32,009 nucleotides of DNA, from contig JABCOY020000037.1 in assembly GCA_013333375.2 (NCBI GenBank), forward strand, positions 1 through 32,009, given 5' to 3'. The first letter of the stretch is position 1, and each line of letters starts with the position of its first letter. The position numbers were made by a program, and so were the translations under genes. The stretch comes from Candidatus Saccharimonadota bacterium (GTDB taxonomy: Bacteria > Patescibacteriota > Saccharimonadia > Saccharimonadales > Saccharimonadaceae). Shown here one piece after another: positions 27,229 through 32,009 of the stretch. The notes below the pieces were generated by a model. It searched no databases. It saw only the letters and a program-made list of their open reading frames with translations, and was not told the DNA's origin.

Positions 27229-28779
27229 TTAAGAAACTAATTCGAACCACATCTTGAGATCTTCGAGGGTGGAGTCGAGAATTTTGCGACCATCGGCAGT
27301 TTCGCCGGTAGTTTGATGATGTTTCAATAAATCGTTCATCGCTTGAATAAAACCAGGGGCCTGACGAGTGATTCTAGCGGCACGGTATTTCTCAAATTTC
27401 GCGATTTCATCTTGACTGAGCGCGTTTGGAAAATTACGGCCTTTGTAATTAAGCAGTAATGAATCGAGACGTTCGTCCTGAAAGAGTGGATGAAAATCAG
27501 CCAACTCATTAGCACGAAGATTCGGCACAACAGAGGCCTGCTTGCGATCTTCGTTATTTAAGAAACCGTCATAAAGTCTAGACTCGGCCTCTTCGAGCTT
27601 ATCAAAATTACGCTCGCGGGTGAATAATTCTCGCATCCGCTCAATGAATTCTGGGTGATTTTTTAGGGTTTCGAGATTCTTTTCCATCTGAGATTTTTCG
27701 AGCTTAATTTTCTGCCAGCCAGTGGTACCGACTGGAAACTCCTCGATTCCATTCGAACTAGGTTCGGTAGTTTCGACATCCAAGACTGAGAGCGGTGCGA
27801 CAGCCGGACATTTGCTCGGGGTTAGCTCTTTGACATACTTCGAGAAATCAAACCAAGTTTGATATTTTTTACCAGCTCGACTGACCTTTTCTTCAGGTTT
27901 GAATTCCTTTTCCGCCTGCAAAATTTCCTCGACATTGTAGCGCAAATCGAAGACTAAGATATTTTGATTTTTCCCTGGCGCGATTGGAATGGCGACGGTG
28001 GTGTGATTAGTCTTACTCGAATAATGACCACTAGTGTAAACGAAAGGTGTCGCGGAATCGACGGAAAGGTTTGTGGCGTTCAGAAAACGCAGAAGCTGTT
28101 TCTTATCACGCAATTTTAAGAGAAAATCCAAAAGTTTTGGCTGCTTTTCATGAATAATTTTCGCTACGGCGATTGTGGCATAAATATCGGAAAGCGCATC
28201 ATGGGCATGCTCGTGCGTGATTCCGTTCAGAGCAGTGAGAAGTTCGAGACGGTTGGTCGGTTTTTTCTCGCCAGTCTTGGAGTCTTCCGCAACTGGCCAA
28301 TTGATCCCCTCTGGACGGAGTGCCCGCACCATACGTACGGCATCCAAAATATCAAACTTACTACGACCATCGAGATATTGCCAAGTATATGGATCATAAA
28401 AATTACGCCAAAACAGATAGCGAATAAATTCATCGTCAAAACGCACGGAATTAAAGCCGCAAATAATCGTATTCGGAGTGAAGATTTCATCTTGTAAAAT
28501 TTTACAAAGCTCAGGCTCCGAAAGTCCATCCATACGCGTATCGTTCGGGGTAATATTAGTAGTCACAATAGCGTAGGGACTCGGCAAGGTGTCTTCATCG
28601 AGACGCACGAAGAGATTGACCGGATCGCCGATGGGGTTAAATTCTAAATCGGTGCGCTGACCAGCAAATTGCATGATGCGATCCTCGCGCGGATTAATAC
28701 CTGAAGTCTCCAAATCGTAAAAGAAAAAGGTGGGTGGGTGATTAGTAGCCAGATAGTCCGGATCAAAGTTGTGGTTCAT
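27229..28779 (-). CDS. sbcB: Exodeoxyribonuclease I
   Basis: DEDDh motifs FFYDLETSG, QFAGQRTD, GFNSVRFDDEFIR, ALRPEGINWP, HDALSDIYAT, LYDGFL. Confidence 0.95.
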   Translation of the reverse strand: MNHNFDPDYLATNHPPTFFFYDLETSGINPREDRIMQFAGQRTDLEFNPIGDPVNLFVRLDEDTLPSPYAIVTTNITPNDTRMDGLSEPELCKILQDEIFTPNTIICGFNSVRFDDEFIRYLFWRNFYDPYTWQYLDGRSKFDILDAVRMVRALRPEGINWPVAEDSKTGEKKPTNRLELLTALNGITHEHAHDALSDIYATIAVAKIIHEKQPKLLDFLLKLRDKKQLLRFLNATNLSVDSATPFVYTSGHYSSKTNHTTVAIPIAPGKNQNILVFDLRYNVEEILQAEKEFKPEEKVSRAGKKYQTWFDFSKYVKELTPSKCPAVAPLSVLDVETTEPSSNGIEEFPVGTTGWQKIKLEKSQMEKNLETLKNHPEFIERMRELFTRERNFDKLEEAESRLYDGFLNNEDRKQASVVPNLRANELADFHPLFQDERLDSLLLNYKGRNFPNALSQDEIAKFEKYRAARITRQAPGFIQAMNDLLKHHQTTGETADGRKILDSTLEDLKMWFELVS

Positions 28780-28799
28780 AATACTAGTATATGCCTAAA

Positions 28800-29495
28800 C
28801 TAAGATTTTAGTGCTTGGTTAATGACTTCGCGGAGTTTTTCCTTGAATTCTTTTTCCTTAGCGGAAGGAAGCTCGAAGACCTTGCCATTAATATAGATGG
28901 TTGGAGTTTCGTTGACGCCAAGACGCTTGGAAATTGCCATATCGGCTTTGATTTTTTGCTTTACCGCATCAGAATTCATATCTTTAAGGAATTTTTCCGT
29001 ATCACCCTTACCTTCGGTCACTTCGACAAAATATTCACGGAAATGATTGTCCCGGTCAGAAGCAGAAAGAGATTCCCAGTTCGATTGCTCCTTAAAAAGC
29101 TTCTTAGCGTATGGCTCCCAGTAGCCCTGAAGAGCGGCGGCATTAGCAGCCGAAGCCGCGGCGGTGCCGTTTTGATGATAGCTTAGGATATAACTTCTGA
29201 AAACCAGGCCGACTTGGCCGTCGTATTCCTTGACGATATCAGAGAGATATGGAAAAACCGTGGAACAGAATGGACACTGATAGTCAGCATATTCAGAGAT
29301 AATCACCTTGGCGTCTTTATTGCCTTCATAATTATCACCAATATCGCCATTACGAGAGTCGGCGGCGATATATTTATTTGTATCAAGCCCCTTAATCCAA
29401 TTGTCATAAGAAAGATTTGAAGAAATCGCGTTGCCACAAAGCCACAAGAATCCCACAGCTAGCACCCCTAAAAGTCCGTAAATCAGTTTTTGCAT
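28800..29495 (-). CDS. Membrane-anchored DsbA-family thiol-disulfide oxidoreductase
   Basis: N-terminal hydrophobic anchor, EYADYQCPFC (CxxC), GVNETPTIYING cis-Pro motif; AGGAGG SD. Confidence 0.9.
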   Translation of the reverse strand: MQKLIYGLLGVLAVGFLWLCGNAISSNLSYDNWIKGLDTNKYIAADSRNGDIGDNYEGNKDAKVIISEYADYQCPFCSTVFPYLSDIVKEYDGQVGLVFRSYILSYHQNGTAAASAANAAALQGYWEPYAKKLFKEQSNWESLSASDRDNHFREYFVEVTEGKGDTEKFLKDMNSDAVKQKIKADMAISKRLGVNETPTIYINGKVFELPSAKEKEFKEKLREVINQALKS

Positions 29496-29592
29496 TTTCC
29501 TCCTAATTTCTACTTTTTGGTAGATTTTTTGTATAATATAAATATTAGCATATTTTGTCTAAGTTGTAATATTTTAGACTAAAGGAGGAGCC

Positions 29593-30666
29593 GTGTCAGA
29601 GGCGAATATGACAGATACAACAGAAGATAGGACCGATTTTAACGGCGAACAAGAAAACGCGACCGGAGTGTTCAGTGGTGAGGAATCTTCCCATGGATTA
29701 AAAGTCTGGTTTGAAAAAATCGGTGTGAAATTAGCCGCCTTTTTCGGGGCGATTAAACAATTTTTGAGCCGCAAAGACGGTGACGAGGAAGCGGATTCTT
29801 TCGAGGGGCCAATGAAGCGCGGATTTTTCGATCGTAAATTTAATAAAGCAGAAAATGAGTCGACAGAAGCCACACATGAGACTAGTTCGCTCAGTCAATT
29901 TGGTGGAGCTAATTTAGTCAACAACCATTTTTCGAATTCTGAGCTCGAAGTAACTCGCGCTACTGACACCGATGGCGATGGTATGATTAATCATGAGAAA
30001 ACCGAAGAGGCCTTAACTAGACGCGAAGAGGCGACGGATTATCTAAAAAATACCAATTATTATATTGGTGCCGCCGAAACAAAAACGGTTGCTATGCCGG
30101 AAGTATTCATTCCGGAGACTACGGAAGATTTTGTTTGGCTAATTAATAAGATGCCAAATTCGGTGCTTTCGGATAGCCAGAAGGTGACCTTAGGGAAGGT
30201 CATGAGTTTCGATAGTAAGAAGGTTTCTGATATCATGACACCAAAAGCGGAATTAAAGTTCGTAGGCGAAGAAGATTATATGGGGCCATTAACCTTGTCT
30301 GGACTCTATAAATCAGGCCAGAGCCAGTTCCCTGTAGTCGATCGCCGTGGTGAACTATCCGGAATTTTACATGCTAAAACACTTTTTCAATTAGATATCA
30401 AGGACACCGATCAGGCTTCGGCTTTTATGGACCGTAAAATTGTTTATCTTTCGGAAAATTATCCACTTTATGAGGCGCTTTTCACCTTACTTCGTTCACA
30501 TGCGCAGGCTTTTGTGGTGGTAGATGAAGCTGGGAAAATCTCAGGTTTACTCGATGCGCGCGTACTCCTAAATTCCCTCCTTGCGATTGACGACTCGGCT
30601 GATTTTACTAAAGATGAAGATTTAGCTTCGGTGGTGGAATACGCCAAACGTTTTAAACGAGATTAA
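29593..30666 (+). CDS. CBS-pair protein (CorC/CNNM-like CBS region without the membrane domain)
   Basis: KVSDIMTPK, SGQSQFPVVD, GILHAKTL, AFVVVDEAGKISGLL; acidic N-terminal extension; AAGGAGGAG SD before GTG. Confidence 0.82.
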   Translation: MSEANMTDTTEDRTDFNGEQENATGVFSGEESSHGLKVWFEKIGVKLAAFFGAIKQFLSRKDGDEEADSFEGPMKRGFFDRKFNKAENESTEATHETSSLSQFGGANLVNNHFSNSELEVTRATDTDGDGMINHEKTEEALTRREEATDYLKNTNYYIGAAETKTVAMPEVFIPETTEDFVWLINKMPNSVLSDSQKVTLGKVMSFDSKKVSDIMTPKAELKFVGEEDYMGPLTLSGLYKSGQSQFPVVDRRGELSGILHAKTLFQLDIKDTDQASAFMDRKIVYLSENYPLYEALFTLLRSHAQAFVVVDEAGKISGLLDARVLLNSLLAIDDSADFTKDEDLASVVEYAKRFKRD

Positions 30667-30686
30667 TCTATCGAGGTTCGACTTAG

Positions 30687-31496
30687 ATGCAGAATAGACG
30701 CTTACTCAAAAGACGCGTAGTAACCGGCCTGAGCTTGCTGGGTTTATTCTTGCTGACGGTAGCGCTAAATCCAAAATCTTATAACTACACGCCGGTCCAC
30801 TCTGAGCAGCAGAGTGAAAGTATTAAGCCCGACGAGCATGGCGGCGTGAGCGATACTAGCCACACAGAAAGCCAAGACAATCCAGACAAACATAGTACTG
30901 TTAACTCCACGGATGGCACCGATACCTCTAATTCCAAACCACTAGCTAGTGAGGTCTTGTCTAATCTCGAAGTGAAAGGTCGCGCGCCAAAGACTGGTTA
31001 TAAACGCACAGAATTTTATAAGAATTGGCCAGAGATTGAGGGATGCAACTTGAGACAACGGATCTTGAAGCGGGATTTTGGCGAGACAGCGAAGACCGAC
31101 CAAAAGTGCAACGTAATTTCGGGAAGTTTTTATGAACCGTACACCGGAACTTGGATGAGTTTTTCGAGTCGTGAAGAGATTGGTAAGAAAATCCAGATTG
31201 ACCACATCGTGGCGCTCTCGGATGCCTGGCAAAAAGGGGCGCAATATCTCAGCAGTGATATCAGATTTCAGATTGCGACTGATCCACTAAATCTCGCCGC
31301 AGTGGATGGGCCAGCCAACCAACAAAAATCTGATAGCGATGCGGCGAGTTGGCTACCGAAGAATAAGAGTTTTCGTTGCCAATATGTGGCACGCCAGATT
31401 TCGGTGAAGAAAAAATATAATCTCTGGATCACAGAAGCCGAAAAATCTGCCATGAGTAATGTGCTAGGCGGGTGTCCGGAGCAGAGAAGTTATTAG
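30687..31496 (+). CDS. Secreted/anchored HNH-like nuclease, DUF1524 family
   Basis: N-terminal basic plus hydrophobic segment; IQIDHIVALSDAWQKGA, DPLNLAAVDGPANQQKSD...WLP, CQYVARQISVKKKY. Confidence 0.88.
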   Translation: MQNRRLLKRRVVTGLSLLGLFLLTVALNPKSYNYTPVHSEQQSESIKPDEHGGVSDTSHTESQDNPDKHSTVNSTDGTDTSNSKPLASEVLSNLEVKGRAPKTGYKRTEFYKNWPEIEGCNLRQRILKRDFGETAKTDQKCNVISGSFYEPYTGTWMSFSSREEIGKKIQIDHIVALSDAWQKGAQYLSSDIRFQIATDPLNLAAVDGPANQQKSDSDAASWLPKNKSFRCQYVARQISVKKKYNLWITEAEKSAMSNVLGGCPEQRSY

Positions 31497-31530
31497 AAAA
31501 TTAAATAAATATTTTATAAGCGAGCAAAAA

Positions 31531-32009
31531 ATGATTAGAGAAATGAAAGCAACCGACCTTAATGACATAATAAAAATGCAATTTGAGCTACAAGAGTATT
31601 TTTCAGAAATTGATAGAACACGCGATTCTCTACCATATAAAAGCATTGAAGACACTCGTCAATATATGCAAAAAATGATAGATGATGCCAATAATATGGA
31701 TGGCAAAATTTTTGTTGCTGAAGAAAAAGATCAAATTATTGGTTTTATTCAAGGAGTAATAATTGAACATAAAAAAGGTGCCGATATTTTTTATGATTTA
31801 ACACATAATCCTTCCAAAGAGGGCTGGGTTGGCCTACTATTTGTGAAGCCAGAATATAGAGGGGGTGGCATTGGACAGCAACTGCTCGATGAAATGAAAA
31901 ATTATTTTATATCAAAGAATTGCACCAGTATAAAATTACTCGTTTTATCCGACAACAAACATGCAATAGCCGTCTACGAGAAAAACGGTTTTATGCGTCA
32001 TGATTTAGA
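31531..32009 (+). CDS. GNAT-family N-acetyltransferase (truncated by the right edge; not in the ORF track)
   Basis: Manual translation MIREMKATDL...IFVAEEKDQIIGFI...LFVKPEYRGGGIGQQLL...NKHAIAVYEKNGF contains the acetyl-CoA-binding motif A and the N..A..Y...GF motif. Confidence 0.9.
   Translation, partial: MIREMKATDLNDIIKMQFELQEYFSEIDRTRDSLPYKSIEDTRQYMQKMIDDANNMDGKIFVAEEKDQIIGFIQGVIIEHKKGADIFYDLTHNPSKEGWVGLLFVKPEYRGGGIGQQLLDEMKNYFISKNCTSIKLLVLSDNKHAIAVYEKNGFMRHDL

Noticed and set aside
1..32009. Alternative genetic code (TGA recoded, as in Gracilibacteria/Absconditabacteria)
   Set aside because: Long conserved genes translate fully under code 11, and TGA at 19936-19938 aligns with TAA in its duplicate.

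Overview
Chromosomal segment of a small-genome bacterium, most likely Candidatus Saccharibacteria (TM7, Patescibacteria); the taxonomy is inferred from gene content and order, not from a search. Standard genetic code 11. Housekeeping genes: recG (partial), trmD, obgE, RsuA/RluB-family pseudouridine synthase, uvrA, sbcB, a DsbA-like protein, a CBS protein, a DUF1524 nuclease and a GNAT (partial). There is a cell-wall operon (baseplate-J-like membrane protein, YqgF/RuvX-MltG fusion, LysM-CHAP hydrolase) and a divergent cytoplasmic kinase/receiver pair with long Pro/Thr/Gln tails. Five paralogous secreted BspA/DUF285-type leucine-rich-repeat (LRR) genes lie in two clusters. Main observations: (1) the LRR genes are sequence mosaics with 6-10 units of 26 aa; (2) one of them is knocked out of frame by a G8 tract in its signal-peptide region and is bracketed by a 21/22-bp inverted repeat; (3) an ORF-less, structured ~145-nt transcription unit with a near-consensus sigma70 promoter and its own terminator lies at 4141-4284; (4) ten genes look leaderless; (5) a synonymous-codon ghost copy of a gene 3' end lies at 19961-19993. 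No CRISPR array, rRNA, tRNA, transposase, integrase or reverse transcriptase was seen. All folds and alignments were done by eye.
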